Shown one piece after another: positions 10,712-23,393 of a stretch of 64,000 bases of DNA. Numbering within the stretch: position 1 is the first letter of the stretch; each line of letters starts with the position of its first letter. Under the pieces are notes generated by a model that saw only the letters and a list, made by a program, of their open reading frames with translations, was not told the origin of the DNA and did not search any database. The position numbers were made by a program, and so were the translations under genes. This stretch comes from Centroscyllium fabricii (taxonomy: Eukaryota): NCBI GenBank assembly GCA_051313645.2, contig JBNRSN020000024.1:87792001-87856000 (forward strand), written 5' to 3'.

Positions 10712-11799
10712 CTATTGAATGGCAGAGCAGGCTCGAGAGGCTGAATGGTCTCCTCCTGTTCCTGTGTTCGTATGAGGAATGATATAGATATGTACGTTTT
10801 TGTAAAACTCTCCTCTCTGCTAGCTGCAAGGGTTGCCGCGGTTAGACAAGGAGAAATGGGCCCATATTACAAAACTCTCTCCAATTCTCACAAAACCTAT
10901 TTTGATAAGGTGTTTGTTGGGTTTCTATCGCACCTTCCACATTCCCAGGACACCCCAAATCGCTTCACAGGCAATAAAGTACTTCTGAGGTGTTGTCACT
11001 GTTGATTTCTGGGCAAACATAGCAGCTAATTTGTGCACAGCAAGGTCCCATAAACAACAATTGAGATAAATGACCAGTTAATCGGTTTACGTTTTTGATG
11101 TTGGTTCAGGGATAAATGTTCTACATAGAAATTATAGCACAGAAGCAGGCCATTTGGCCCATCCAGTCCGTGTCAGTGCCTACCACCCAAACAGTCCGAA
11201 CCACATTTACCCATCCAGTTTCCATGTCGTTTCATTCCCTTTTCCTTCATCCAACCTGATCTTGAATGTTAGTACAGTTTGTGCCGCAACCACTGACCCT
11301 GGGAGTGAATTCCATAGCCTCACGACTCTCCGTGCAAAGATGTTGCTCCTGCCCCTTACACTCACTATCTCGACCATCATCGTGGACCAGGAGAGCACTC
11401 CTGTTCTGCTTCAAATAATGCCAGGGGATGTTTTTTTATGTCAACTTGGCCAGGTAGACAGGGCCTTGCTTTAACATCTTATCTGAAGAATGTACTCCTG
11501 ACAATGCAGCTCTCCCTCAGTACTGCATTGAGGGCTGCCTGGATTAGGTGTTCAAGTCCTGGAGTGGAGCTTGAACCCACGACCATCTGACTCAGAGGTG
11601 GGTGCTGCCTACTTGGCCAAGCTGGGTGTTGTTTTGAATTTAGTGGGTATTATATTGGATTGAGTAGGTTTTATATTGAATTTAATAGTTTTTATATTGG
11701 GTTTAGTGGGTTTACATTGAATTTAGTAACTGTTATATTGGATTCATTGGGCGTTATTTTGGATAGAACAATTCTATTTGGGATTTAGTGGGTTTTATT

Positions 11800-12205
11800 T
11801 AATTCAATTCAATTCAATTTCAATTCAAGTTTTATTGTCATTACAGAGTACTAGTACAATACAACGAGACGATGACTCGACTCTCCCGAGAGTAGTGCAA
11901 ATAAAATAAATAAATTACATGCAAAATGCATACAGTCGAGTACATTATCAGGCGTGCAGGTACCGGAGTTTCTTTTTAGAGTTCAGGAGGCTGACAGCCC
12001 TGGGGAAGAAGCTGTTCTGAAATCTAGTCGTGCGGGTGCAAATTGCTCTGTAGCATCTCCCGGAGGGCAGGGGGGCGAACAGACTGTGGCTGGGGTGTGT
12101 GGGGTCTTTAATAATGTTCAGAGACCTCCGTAAGCAGCGTTTGAGGTAGATGCTTTCCATTGACGGTAGCTGTGTACCGGTAATTCGTTGGGCAGTTTTG
12201 ACTAC
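11800..12205 (-). mobile_element. Rex1/Babar-like LINE 3' end
   Basis: ORF 11948-12160 (IIKDPTHPSHSLFAPLPSGRCYRAICTRTTRFQNSFFPRAVSLLN); (TTGAA)n tail. Confidence 0.75.
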
Positions 12206-12231
12206 CTATTTTGACTTACTATTTAGCAAGT

Positions 12232-12657
12232 TGAGTAGATTGGGCCAATAGTCTCTGGAGTTTAGAAAAATAAGAGGTGAACTCATTGAAACATTTAAGA
12301 TTCTGAGGGGGATTGACAGGGTCGATGCCGAGAGGTTGTTTCCCCTGGCTGGAGAGTCTAGAACCAGGGGGCATAGTCTCAGGATAAGGGGTCGGCCATT
12401 TAGGACTGAGAGGAGGAGGAAATTCTTCACTCAGGATGGTGAATCTTTGGAATTCTCTACCCCAGGAGGCTGTGGAGGCTGAGTCGTTGAGTATATTCAA
12501 GGCTGAGATCGATTTTTGAACTCCTGGGGAATCGAAGGAAATGGAGATCAGGCGGGAAAGTGGCGTTGAGGTTGAAGATCAGCCATGATCTTATTGAATG
12601 GCGGAGCAGGCTCGAGGGGCCAAATGGCCGACTCCTGCTCCTAATTCTTACGATCTT
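12232..12657 (+). mobile_element. CR1 3' fragment
   Basis: SLEFRKIRGELIETFKIL... remnant and CR1 terminal stem-loop. Confidence 0.8.
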
Positions 12658-12714
12658 AACCCTAGTCTAGGCCACCTGTCCTCATAATTTAATCCTTTTA
12701 TACCCAGTATCATT

Positions 12715-13482
12715 CTGACCCCTTAGACTGAGACTGTGACCCCTGGTTCTAGACTTTCCAGACACCAGGGGAAATAACCTCTCAGCATCTACTCTGTCAA
12801 TCCCCCTCAGAATCTTATATGTTTCAATTCTTCTAAACTCCAGAGAGTATCGGCCCATTCTACTCAGTCTCTCCTCATCGGACAACCCTCTCATCCCAGG
12901 AATCAATCAAGTCAACCTTTATTGCACAGCCTCTAAGACAAGTACAGGTCCGACACCGTTAATCCGGCACGGTCGGGACCAGGCCGGTGCCGGTCTAGTG
13001 AAAAATCTGAATGACTGAAGCTTCAGCGAGCGCATGCCGGTGACCATTTTGAATGGTCTGCGCATGCGCTCGCCGAAGCATCAATCGTTCGGACTAACTC
13101 ACTCGGAGTCGGGGAGAGGCCCGGGCATGCGCAGCCAAGCGCGGCGGCCATTGTGCGCATGCGCAAACCAGTCGGGGAGAGGCCCGGGCACGCGCAGCCA
13201 AGCGCGGCGGCCATTTTGCGCATGCGCAGACCAGTCAGGGGGAGGCCCGGATTCGTGCCGGATGACTGAAGATTCCGGATTAACGGTGTCCGGATTAACG
13301 GTGCCGGACCTGTACATCCTTCCTCAAATAAGGAGACCAAAACTGCCCAGTATTCCAGGTGTGGTCTCACCGAAGCCCTGTACAATTGTAGCAAGACTTC
13401 CTCACTCTTATACTCCAACCCCCTAGCAATAAAGACCAACATGCCATTTGCCTTCCTAATTGCTTGCTGTACCTGCATGCTA
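12715..13482 (-). mobile_element. CR1 fragment interrupted by a MITE
   Basis: ORF remnants 12682-12906 and MQVQQAIRKANGML...RPHLEY on the minus strand. Confidence 0.75.
12945..13312. mobile_element. Tc1/mariner (Tigger-like) MITE
   Basis: 23-bp TIR CAGGTCCG(A/G)CACCGTTAATCCGG; TA on both flanks; GC-rich interior with GCGCATGCGC repeats. Confidence 0.85.
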
Positions 13483-13549
13483 GCTCTCTGCTGTCCGGAT
13501 GGGCGGGCGACAACGACCAGGAAGCTTGCCGAGTTTGGAACCCTGCCTG

Positions 13550-13710
13550 CGGCTATGAGGACTTGTGGTCGTGACCCCTGCCTTGTGGGCATGAGGGCTT
13601 GTGACTTTTACCCCTGCCTTGTGGGCATAAGGACTTGAGACTTTGACCCTTCCCTCGTAGGCAGGAGGGCTTGAAACTTTGACCCCTACCTTGTGGGCAT
13701 TGGGGCTTGG
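13550..13710. repeat. About 37-bp degenerate tandem repeat, about 4 copies
   Basis: GACCCCTGCCTTGTGGGCATGAGGGCTTGTGACTTT-like units. Confidence 0.75.
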
Positions 13711-13834
13711 GAGTTTGCCGCGGCTCAAGTGCGGTAATGTGGGGGTTTTATTTTCTTTTGTGAATGTTTTAAGTAATGATATTTTTGTAATTGGTTTTAA
13801 ATAAAAGAGTTCTCTGTTGTATTCCCATGAATAG

Positions 13835-14215
13835 ATTTTAAGGGGTGATCTAATTGAGCTATTTAAGATGATTAAAGGATTTGATCGGGTTAATCGAGAG
13901 AAATTATTCCCTCTGGTGGGGGGAGTCCAGAACAAGGGGGCAGAACCTTCAAATTAGAGCCAGGCCGTTCAGGGGTGATGTCAGGAAGCACTTCACACAA
14001 AGGGGGGTGGAAATCGGGAACTCTCTCCCCCAAAAAGCTGTTGAGGCCGGGGGTCAATCAAAAATTTTAACACTGAGGTGGATGGACTTTTGCTTAGCAA
14101 GGGTATTAAGGGTTATGGAACCAAGGTGGGTGGATGGAGTTAAGATACAGATCAACCATGAGCTAGTAGAATGGCAGAACAAACTCGAGGGCTGAATGGC
14201 CTCCTCCTGTTCCCA
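13835..14215 (+). mobile_element. CR1 3' fragment
   Basis: GESRTRGQNLQIRARPFRGDVRKHFTQR remnant; a similar copy lies at 39732-40000. Confidence 0.75.
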
Positions 14216-14794
14216 TAATCACCACCTTCTATCACCATTGATTTACCAGCCCACATCACTGCACTGGAGTCCCAGGTTTGCAGGTCCGTCAGCATCTGAG
14301 ATCTGGAAAGTTGATGGTCCCCTGAAAAATCATGAGCCTGGCTTACAACAGAAATTTAGTTGCTGACCCATCCCTATTGCCCCATCCCTGGTTGCCCTCG
14401 AGAAGGTGGTGGTGAGCCGCTTCTTGAACCGTTGCAGTCCATGTGGTGAAGATACTCCCACAGTGCTGTTAGGGAGGGAATTCCAGGATTTTGACCCAGT
14501 GACCATGAAGTTGCAGTGTGCAGTCTGATAATCAGATAAAGAGCCTTATTTCAGACATATTGGAGCATGGATTGATAAACATTTGCTGGTCCATTCACAT
14601 TCTTTAAGCAATTGAATTGAGGCTATTGCTTTGTGTTCCATTCTATGGGGTACTCTACTCTTGTTACTTAACTTGTGTCCTTTTAAAAGCAGTAGGAATC
14701 AAGAATTATTTTACAATTTATTTTGAACACAAATGTACTTATTAGTGCTATCTTAGAAATGAGGATAGTGCGGGAAAGTGGAGTTGAGATAGAT

Positions 14795-15134
14795 CAGGGG
14801 TCCCCAACGACCGGGCCGCGGACCGCTACCGGGCCGTGGATCATTTGGTACCGGGCCGCACAGGAAAAAATAAAAACATTTAAAAAAAAATTCCATTTTA
14901 TTGACTAAATATTTTGATTAAATATTTGAAAAAAATATGTTTAAAAAATATCAAAGAGCCACAGGTAGATGTGCCAAGAGCCGCATGCGGCTCGCGAGCC
15001 ACACTTTGGCCACCCCGGTTATATAATATGCACTTTATTGTGTTTTGTTATGCGCGTGATTCTTCCCCCCGGTCCGTGGAAAAATTGTCCTGCATGAAAC
15101 TGGTCCGTGGTGCAAAAAAGGTTGGGGACCGCTG
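14795..15134. mobile_element. hAT (Charlie-like) MITE
   Basis: TIR CAGGGGTCCCCAAC / GTTGGGGACCGCTG; 8-bp TSD AGATAGAT / AGGTAGAT; inserted in a CR1 tail. Confidence 0.85.
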
Positions 15135-15278
15135 AGGTAGATGATCAGCCATGATCTTATTGAATGGCGGAGCAGGCTCGAGGGGCTGAATGGCCGACTC
15201 CTGCACCTCATGTTTATGTTCTTATAACATATTAAGTTGTATCTATATCAGTGACAGTCGTGCTGTTTTGTTTTCCAG

Positions 15279-15431
15279 GCCCAAATTTCTGGAGCCCTAC
15301 AATGCAGCAGGGACCATCCATGACTACGTTGTTGCTGTCTTATGTGGGCTTCAGAAACCCTTGATGTCAGTCCAGAATGCTGCCAGTTGGGGGTATTTTA
15401 ATACCAGATGTGGAACTTGGAATCTGCAAAT
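15279..15431 (+). CDS. SHPK: Sedoheptulokinase exon 4
   Basis: ttccAG acceptor, GTaagc donor; PKFLEPYNAAGTIHDYVVAVLCGLQKPLMSVQNAASWGYFNTRCGTWNLQ; 153 nt. Confidence 0.95.
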
Positions 15432-15692
15432 GTAAGCCTGCATTTCATCCTGTGTTGGAAAGCCAGGGGACTGACGCTATCACGCACCCATAACACACAA
15501 ATACTGTGCACCATCTCTGCCGGACTGCATTCCTCTAATACAGGGGTTGGAATCATGTCCCAAGGGGTTACTCTGTGAAACCTTGAGCTTGTCCTGATGT
15601 TAATGCCAGGGAATGGACAACCTTGCATGCCAACATCAAGCGTCCCATGGTCAGGTGTATGGGTTAGGCGCAGAGTAAAGCACCGTCTACCC

Positions 15693-16445
15693 ATAAGAAC
15701 ATAAGAAATAGGAGCAGGAGTCGGCCATTCGGCCCTTCGAGCCTGCTCCGCCATTCAATGAGATCTCGGCTGATCTTCTGCCTCAACTCCATTCACCGGC
15801 CCTATCGCCATATCCCTTGATGCCCTTACTAGTCAGAAATCTATCGACTTCTGTTTTCAATATACTCAATGACTGAGCCTCCACAGCCCTCTGGGGTAGA
15901 TAATTCCACAGATTCACCACCCTCTGTGTGAAGAAATTTCTTCTCATCTCAGTCCTGAATGGCCGACCCTTTATCCTGAGGCTGTGGCCCCTGGTTCTGA
16001 ATCCCCAGCCAAGGGAAACATTCTCACAGCATCCATCTTATCAAGCCCTGTAATAATTGTGTATGCTTCAATGAGATTCCCTCTCATTCTTCTGAATTCA
16101 AGAGAATACAGGCCGAGTTTACTCAATCTCCTCTCATACGACAGTCCCGCCATCCCAGGAATCAATCTCGCGAACCTTCGTTGCACTCCCTCTTTGGCAA
16201 GTATATCCTTCCTTAGGTAAGGAGACCAAAACTGTCCACAATACTCCAGGTATGGTCTCACCAGGGCCCTATATAATTGGAGTAAGACTTCTTTACTCCT
16301 GTACTCAAATCCTCTTGCAATGAGGGCCAGCATACCATTTGCCTTCCTAATGTCTTGCTGCACCTGCAAATTCACTTTCAGTGACTCATGTACAAGGACA
16401 CCCAGGTCCCTTTGAGCATCTGCATTCCCCAATCTTTCACCCCTA
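15693..16445 (-). mobile_element. 5'-truncated CR1
   Basis: ORF 15971-16501 carries the CR1 C-terminal region; 3' stem-loop and TTCTTATG tail near 15693. Confidence 0.85.
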
Positions 16446-16651
16446 CTCTTGTAGAGGGGCCACCTACAGTACTGCAGCACCCAGTGTGCCGATTTCCCCA
16501 TCTCCCACTCTTGCTCTCACCTGCCTGAGTGGGAACTGCCTTCAGAGCCACACCCCAAACCATTTCACACAGGAACCTTCCAGCCCGTGGACCGAGGGTA
16601 CTGTCCCAACAGCCTGTACACTAGATCAGAAGCCAGTTGCATGAGGTGAAA

Positions 16652-16753
16652 TAAAAACAGAAAATGCTGGAAGCAGACAGCGGGTCAGGCAGCGTCTGTG
16701 GAGAGAGAAAGACAGTCAGCGTTTCAGCTCGATGACCTTTCGTCAGAGATCTT
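16652..16753 (-). mobile_element. Short Penelope-like insertion with minimal hammerhead motif
   Basis: Minus strand CTGACGA-AAGGTCATCGAGCT-GAAACGC; flanked by 15-bp direct repeat TTGCATGA(G/A)GTGAAA (16637-16651, 16754-16768). Confidence 0.7.
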
Positions 16754-17147
16754 TTGCATGAAGTGAAAGGTCATTGTGCAGTGCACTGTCCCACCCACCC
16801 AGCCCCCCAACTACACCTCATTAAACCGAACCTGTTCTCCGTGTTGTACCTCATTTATACAGTAGACACATCCCATGTCTACTTGCAGTGAAAGAACACT
16901 TAAAACAATTTCTTGTTCTTGTCCTGATACCTCCTCGGCAGTGCCACGCCCACCATCTTGGATTAGGTTATCTTGCATTGGGTGCACCAGTGCACAAACT
17001 AAATGTTGTTTCTTAAAAGGGCCTGCGACTAGAATTTACAAGGGGTAAGGATTCGGTGATTGCTTTAGTAGTTTAAAGGATCTTAGACCACTTCAGCATC
17101 TACATCTTCTTTAAAACATTTTCCCACCAAAGTTATGCCTCTCCAAT

Positions 17148-17419
17148 TAGGGTTGCCAACCCTCCTGGATTGGCCTGGAGTCTCCAGGACTTCAAGATTA
17201 ATCCCCAGGACACGGCTGCGGGCAAAAAACATGGGAGAAAAGTCATCGGAGGAATTTTTAAAAATAGTGTGTGTTTTTAATTTTCATTTATTAGTTATAA
17301 AAATATTTAAGCAGCATTTTAAAAAAGGCTGTTTGACCTGACCAGGCAGGATGGTGGGAGGCTTCAGGTCATGCGATAAAACCTCCAGGAATACGTCCAA
17401 CCAGAGCTGGCAACCCGTA
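17148..17419. mobile_element. hAT (Tip100-like) MITE
   Basis: TAGGGTTGCCAAC ... CTGGCAACCCGTA ends; related copy at 38174-38381. Confidence 0.65.
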
Positions 17420-17524
17420 CTCTCCGTCAGTTAGATGTTAAAACCACGGTCCTGTTTGCCAGCATTGGTCGTTTTGGTGCAAGGAAGGGTCTCACGGCAC
17501 CATTTGAAAATAGAAAAATAAATC

Positions 17525-18122
17525 ATCGAAATAGATATTTACGGCACAGAAGGAGGCCATTCGGCCCAATGTGTCTGTGCCAGCAGAAAACGAGCTCTCC
17601 AGCCTAACCCCACTTTCCAGCTCTTGGTCCGTAGCTTTATAGGTTGCAGCACTTCAGGTACTTTTTAAATGTGATGAGGGTTTCTGCCTCTCCCACCCTT
17701 TCAGGCAGTGAGTTCCAGACCCCCACCACCCTCTGGGTGAAAAACATTCTCCTCAACTCCCCTCTAATCCTTCTACCAATTACTTTCAATCTCTGCCCCC
17801 TGGTTATTGACCTCTCTGCTAAGGGAAAGTTCACTCTATCTAGGCTTCTCATAATTTTATAAGAACATAAGAAATAGGAGCAGGAGTAGGGCCAGACGCC
17901 CCTCGAGCCTGCTCCGCTCAATCGAGTCTCCCCTCAGCCTCTTCTTATCCAAAGAAAACAACCCCAGCCTATCCAAGCCTTCCTCATAGCTAAAATTCTC
18001 CCGTCCTGGTAACATCCTCGTAAATCTCCTCTGCACCACCTCCAGTGCAAGCACCAATGTGGTGACTAGAACTGCACACAATATCTAGCTGTGGCCTAAC
18101 TAGTGTTTTATACAGTTCAAGC
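17525..18122 (-). mobile_element. CR1 3' fragment of a second subfamily
   Basis: LELYKTLVRPQL / RRFTRMLPG / FFTQRVVGVWNSLP remnants. Confidence 0.8.
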
Positions 18123-20930
18123 ATAGAAACATAGAAAATAGGTGCATGAGTAGACCATTCGGCCCTTCGAGCCTGCACCGCCATTCAACACGTTCATGGC
18201 TGAACATGCTACATCAGTACCCCGTTCCTGCTTTCTTGCCATATCCCTTGATTCCCCTAGTTGTCAGTATTACATCTAACTCCCTTTTAAATATATTTAG
18301 CGAACTGGCCTCAACAACTTTCTGTGGTAGAGATTCCACAGGTTCACCACTCTCTGGGTGAAGAAGTTTCTCCTCATCTCGGTCCTAAATGGCTTACCCC
18401 TTATCCTTAGTCTGTGACCCCTGGTTCTGGACTTCCCCAACAATGGAAACATTCCGCCCGCATCTAACCTGTCTAAACCCGTCAGGATTTTAAACGTTTC
18501 TATGAGATCCCCCCTCATTCTTCGGAACTCCAGAGAGTACAAGTTCAGTTGATCCAGTCTTTCTTGATATGTCAGTCTGGCCATCCCGGGAATCAATCTA
18601 GTAAACCTTCGCTGCACTCCCTCAATAGCAAGAATGTCCTTCCTCAAGTTAGGAGACCAAAACTGCACACAATACTCCAGGTGTGGTCTCACCAAGGCCC
18701 TCTGCAACTGTAGCAACACCTCCCTACTCCTGTACTCAAATCCCCTCGCTATGAAGGCCATCATGCCATTTGCTTTCCTAACTGCCTGCTGTACCTGCAT
18801 TTCCACCTTCAGTGACTGATGTACCATGACGCCCAGGTCTCGTTGCACCTCCCCTTTCCCTAATCTGTCACCATTCAGATAATAGTCTGTCTTTCTATTT
18901 TTACCACCAAAGTGGATAACCTCGCATTTATCCACATTGTACTTCATCTGACATACATTTGCCCATTCACCTAACCTGTCCAAGTCACTCTGTAGCCTCT
19001 TAGCATCCTCCTCGCAGCTCACAATGCCTCCCAATTTAGTGTCATCCGCAAATTTGGACATACAACATTTAATCCCTTCGTCCAAATCATTAATATATAA
19101 TGTAAACAGCTGGGGCCCCAGCACCGAACCTTGCGGTACCCCGCTGGTCACTGCCTGCCATTCTGAAAAGTACCCATTTACTCCTACTCTTTGTTTCCTG
19201 TGTGCCAACCAGTTCTCAATCCACATCAACACATTACCCCCAATCCCATGTGCTTTAACTTTGCACACCAATCTCTTGTGTGGGACCTTGTCAAAAGCCT
19301 TCTGAAAGTCCAAATACACCACATCAAGTGGTTCTCCCTTGTCTATTCTATTGGAAACATCCTCAAAAAATTCCAGAAGATTTGTCAAGCATGATTTCCC
19401 TTTCACATGTAGCCCAGTCAATCCGTTCCGTGAATTGAGGGGGCCCTGAGTTCTTTAACTCTATCTTTCGTTAGTGAATCTTGGATCCTTTATAACTACA
19501 ATTCCAGTAAATTTGAATACAATGAGCAAACACTCTTCAGTCTCATACTTTCAAGACTAAACATTAACCTCTACAACAATTAACACTCAGAAACTATTTT
19601 AACAATTAAAACAGTAACTTGAATATTTTACCTTGCAAATAAATTTACAACAGTCAAAGTAAACCTTAGCACATTTCTAACTTTTTGTCTTTAACCAAGA
19701 ATTTAGAGTTACAGCATTCAGTTACCTTAATCTCTTTTCAGTCAATGAGTTAAAATAATTTAGACTTTACGTTACATCAATGAACTCACACACCTTGTGC
19801 CCATTACTATCAACTATACTCCAAGCCGGCAGATTGAATTTACAAAATGGAAAAGCGTAGCAGGCCTGTTAAGTTGCTTGCAGACTTTGTAACTCAAACG
19901 TAAAGGTTCTTCACTCTCATTAGAGCAATAAACAATCAATAGATCTTGGACCAGGAACAAACAATCAGCAGCTTGGCCTTTCACGAAGTGTTGAGTAAAT
20001 CCAGCGTAGCCAGAGGAGTTTTTGAGCTGTCTCCAGGTCACTCAAAACGCTATCTGGTTATAATGGTTCATTCCGCTCAGGAATATTCTGAACCAAGCTA
20101 CTGCCCCAAGCTCCACAAGTATTTTACAGCCTCAGTCAGCCCACATCACTGCTTAAACTCTGTTAACTAGTCGAACATCTTCTCACGAGTTATCGGTATT
20201 AAACTTTGGTTCAAAGCCCTCTATAATCTCGTTAAAGCATATTCCCAAGACCAGTTATGGCTTAAAGGAGTCCACTGCTCTCCAACTCCTTCCCCCTTCT
20301 CTCTCAATGGTATACTGCCTCTCCGGGCTTCTGCCGCTCTGGGGTTCGCTCTGTGCCACTCAGAGGTAGCCCAGTGGCTCCAGGAAGACTGCTGAGCATT
20401 ACACAGCCCTCTATCCGACGACTGCTACTCACGGCTTAGGAAAACTGCTGAGCATTACACAGTCCTCTATCCGACGACTGCTACTCACGGCTTAGGAAGA
20501 CTGCTGATCATTACACAGCCCTCTATCCGAGGACTGCTACTCACAGCTTCCAGCTCTGCTCCCTTACCCAGACTCCAAAAAGCTCCTTCTCTCCTTCAGC
20601 CTATGCTCCAAAAAGCTCCTTCTTCTCTCCTGCCCAGACTCCAACCTCCTCCGGCAGACTCCAACTTAAACTGCCTGTTTTATACTCCTCTCCTGGGGTC
20701 ATGTGACCCCTTTTTGCACTCCTGTTTTAATTATCAACAGCTGCTGGCTCTGGGCTGTTTGTGTCTGTGTCTCCCAGGTCCTAAAGTCCACCCCCTTAAT
20801 AGCCCAATTATTCACACGGCTACACACAAATCCATGCTGACTTGGACCTATCATGTCACCACTCTCCAAATGGTCTGCTATGATATCCTTAATAATTGAT
20901 TCCATCATTTTACCCACTACCGATGTCAAG
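18123..20930 (-). mobile_element. Truncated CR1 split by a 1.4-kb insertion
   Basis: RT ORF 18297-19421 continues SQHGFV|KGKSCLTNL across 19408-20824. Confidence 0.85.
19408..20824. mobile_element. 1417-bp solo-LTR-like insertion
   Basis: Inverted ends TGTAGCC...GGCTACA; 4-bp TSD CACA; no recognisable coding content; about 59-bp x3 tandem repeat at 20380-20550. Confidence 0.75.
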
Positions 20931-21025
20931 CATAACCTCCTGCTCTTATATTCTATGCCTCAGCTAATAAAGGAACATATCCCGTATGCCTTCTTAACCA
21001 CCTTATCCAACTGTCCTGCTACCTT

Positions 21026-21418
21026 CACGGTGGCACAGTGGTTAGCACTGTTGTCTCACAGCACTGGAGACCCGGGTTCAAATCCAGCCTCGGGTACTAT
21101 CTGTGTGGAGTTTGCACATTCTCCCCGTGTCTGCGTGGGTTTCCTCCGGGTGCTCCGGTTTCCTCCCACAGTCCAAAGATGTGCGGGTTAGGTTGATTGG
21201 CCATGATAAATTGACCTTTAGTGTTAGGGGGATTGAATGTGTGGGGTTGCGGGGATAGGGTGGGATATGTGTCGATGCAGGTTCGATAGGGATGGAGGGA
21301 TATGGGGAGAGGGCAGGGGCGGGGGGCTGGGTTTGGATGATCAGCCATGATCTCATTGAATGGCGGAGCAGGCTCGAAGGGCCGAATGGCCTACTCCTGC
21401 TCCTAGTTTCTATGTTTC
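21026..21418 (+). mobile_element. tRNA-derived V-SINE (HE1-like) with CR1-derived tail
   Basis: A box GGTGGCACAGTGG, B box GGTTCAAATCC, V-domain TCTGCGTGGGTTTCCTCCGGGTGCTCCGGTTTCCTCCCAC, CR1 3' end. Confidence 0.9.
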
Positions 21419-21695
21419 AGGGACCTGTGGACATGCACTCCAAGGTCCCTCTGATCCTTTGCACTTCTCAGTATCCTACCATTTTTTGTGTATTCTCTTG
21501 CCTTGTTAGCCCTCCCCAAATGCATTACCTCACACTTCTCCAGATTGAATTCCATTTTGCCACTTTTCTGCCCACCTGACCAGTCCATTGATATCTTCCT
21601 GCAGTCTACAGCTTTCTGCCTCACTATCAACCATATGGAGAATTTTTGTATCATCTGCAAACTTCTTAAACATGCCCCCTACATTGAAGTCAATA

Positions 21696-22017
21696 CAGGT
21701 TGAGCACTGGTAATCTGGCAGCTTCAGTGGTCCGGCACAATTGGAAACCGGCGCTCTTCATTTTGCAGAGCAGCCGCTCGGCGGCACCACCGTTTCCCGC
21801 GATGGGTGGGCGAGTGCCGAAGACGCCAGGTGTTTGGGTTTCTGCTTTTTTAGGTTTTGTAAGTGTTCTATCCCCGGGCTCCCTCCTGGGGTGCGCTCTA
21901 CCGGGCCCTGGGGCGCGCTCTACCACGCGCTCCCACCGAACCTTCAGTGGTTCGGAATTTTCAATGGTCCGGCACCGGCCTGGTTCTGAGGGTGCCGGAT
22001 TAACGGTGCTCCACCTG
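21696..22017. mobile_element. Tc1/mariner (Tigger-like) MITE within a minus-strand CR1 fragment
   Basis: Imperfect TIR CAGGTTGAGCACTGGTAATCTGGCA / TGCCGGATTAACGGTGCTCCACCTG; related to 12945-13312. Confidence 0.7.
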
Positions 22018-23217
22018 CACCACAAAAAGCAAGGCACCTCGTACTGAGCCCTGCGGAACCCCACTGGAAACAGCCTTCCAGTTACAAAAACACCCGGCGA
22101 GCATTACCCTTTGCTCCCTGCCACTGAGTCCATTTTGGATCCAACTCGCCATTTTCCCTTGTATCTCATGGGCTTTAACTTTTCTGACCAGTCTGCCACG
22201 TGGGACCTTGTCAAAAGCCTTGCTAAAATCCATGTATACTACATCAAACGCGCTACCCTCATCGCCCTCCTTGTTAACTCCTCAAAAAATTTGAAAGAGA
22301 GCAGTGAGTTCTCGTGGTGCCCTGGGCCAAAGCTCTTCCCTCAACCAACACTGCCAAAAAATAATTAATCGGTCATTCACTTCATTACTGTTTGTGGAAT
22401 CTTGAAGTGTGCAAAATGGCTGTCGCGACTGACAACATAATGCCAGTTACTGTACTTCAAAGTAATTTATTGCATGTGAAACATCCTGTGACATTCCCGT
22501 GTGATGTGGTAAGATGGTCTTTAAACGCAAGTCTTTTCTCTCTTTCCTTGGTCCTGTTTTTTGGCTGCTACTGATTTTAAATCCCCCCTTTCCATTTGCA
22601 ACTTATAGCAGACAAGAGTTTAATGCAGACTCATTAACCTGAACCCTGAGAATTAAATGCCCTGGCGATTACATCACTTGCTTTGGGAGCTAATGGCCAC
22701 TGATTGATCGATGAAACTTTAGGACTGGCTCACCAAAGACGTGTAATCGGCGGAGTCCAGGACAAGGAGGCATAACGTTAAAATCAGAGCCGGGCCATTC
22801 AGGAGAGAATTTAGGAAATACCTCTTCACACACAGGGTGGTAGACGTGTGGACCTCTCTCCCATAAGAAGCAGTCAATGCCAGCTCAACTAATCATTTTA
22901 AACCTGAGATCGATAGATTTTTGCTCTACAAGGGTATAACAGGATATGGAGCCAAGGCAAGAGAATAGAGTTAGGCTGCAGATCAGCCATGATCCCATTG
23001 AATGGCGGAACAGGCTTGAGGGGCTCAATGGCCTCCTTTTGTTCCTATATAGTGCCCCTGACTGTTAAAGGTGCTTCATAGCTGATCCTTCTGTTGTTGT
23101 TGGTTTGAGTCGGTCAGAATGAGAACTGAAAGCAGCTCAGTTGCACCCAGCCACGTTTGTCCTCTCTCTGAAGGCCCAAGGCCACTCTCACAGGAATTTC
23201 CTTAACTCCTCTTCCAG

Positions 23218-23393
23218 ATTAAGGGATTCTGGATTTCCCACATGCTTGCTGCCTGCAGCTGTGGAATCTGGTGCGATTGCTGGAAAGACAACTCATGAAT
23301 GGCACGGTGTGCCAGAGGGGACGGAGGTTGGTGTGGCCCTGGGTGATTTCCAGTGCTCTGTGTACTCCTGCCTGATGGAGAAGACAGATGCAG
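23218..23393 (+). CDS. SHPK: Sedoheptulokinase exon 5
   Basis: ttccAG acceptor, GTaagg donor; LRDSGFPTCLLPAAVESGAIAGKTTHEWHGVPEGTEVGVALGDFQCSVYSCLMEKTDA with the ALGD motif; 176 nt. Confidence 0.95.

Noticed and set aside
21026-21100. tRNA gene
   Set aside because: tRNA-like head of a SINE, continuous with the V-domain and LINE tail.
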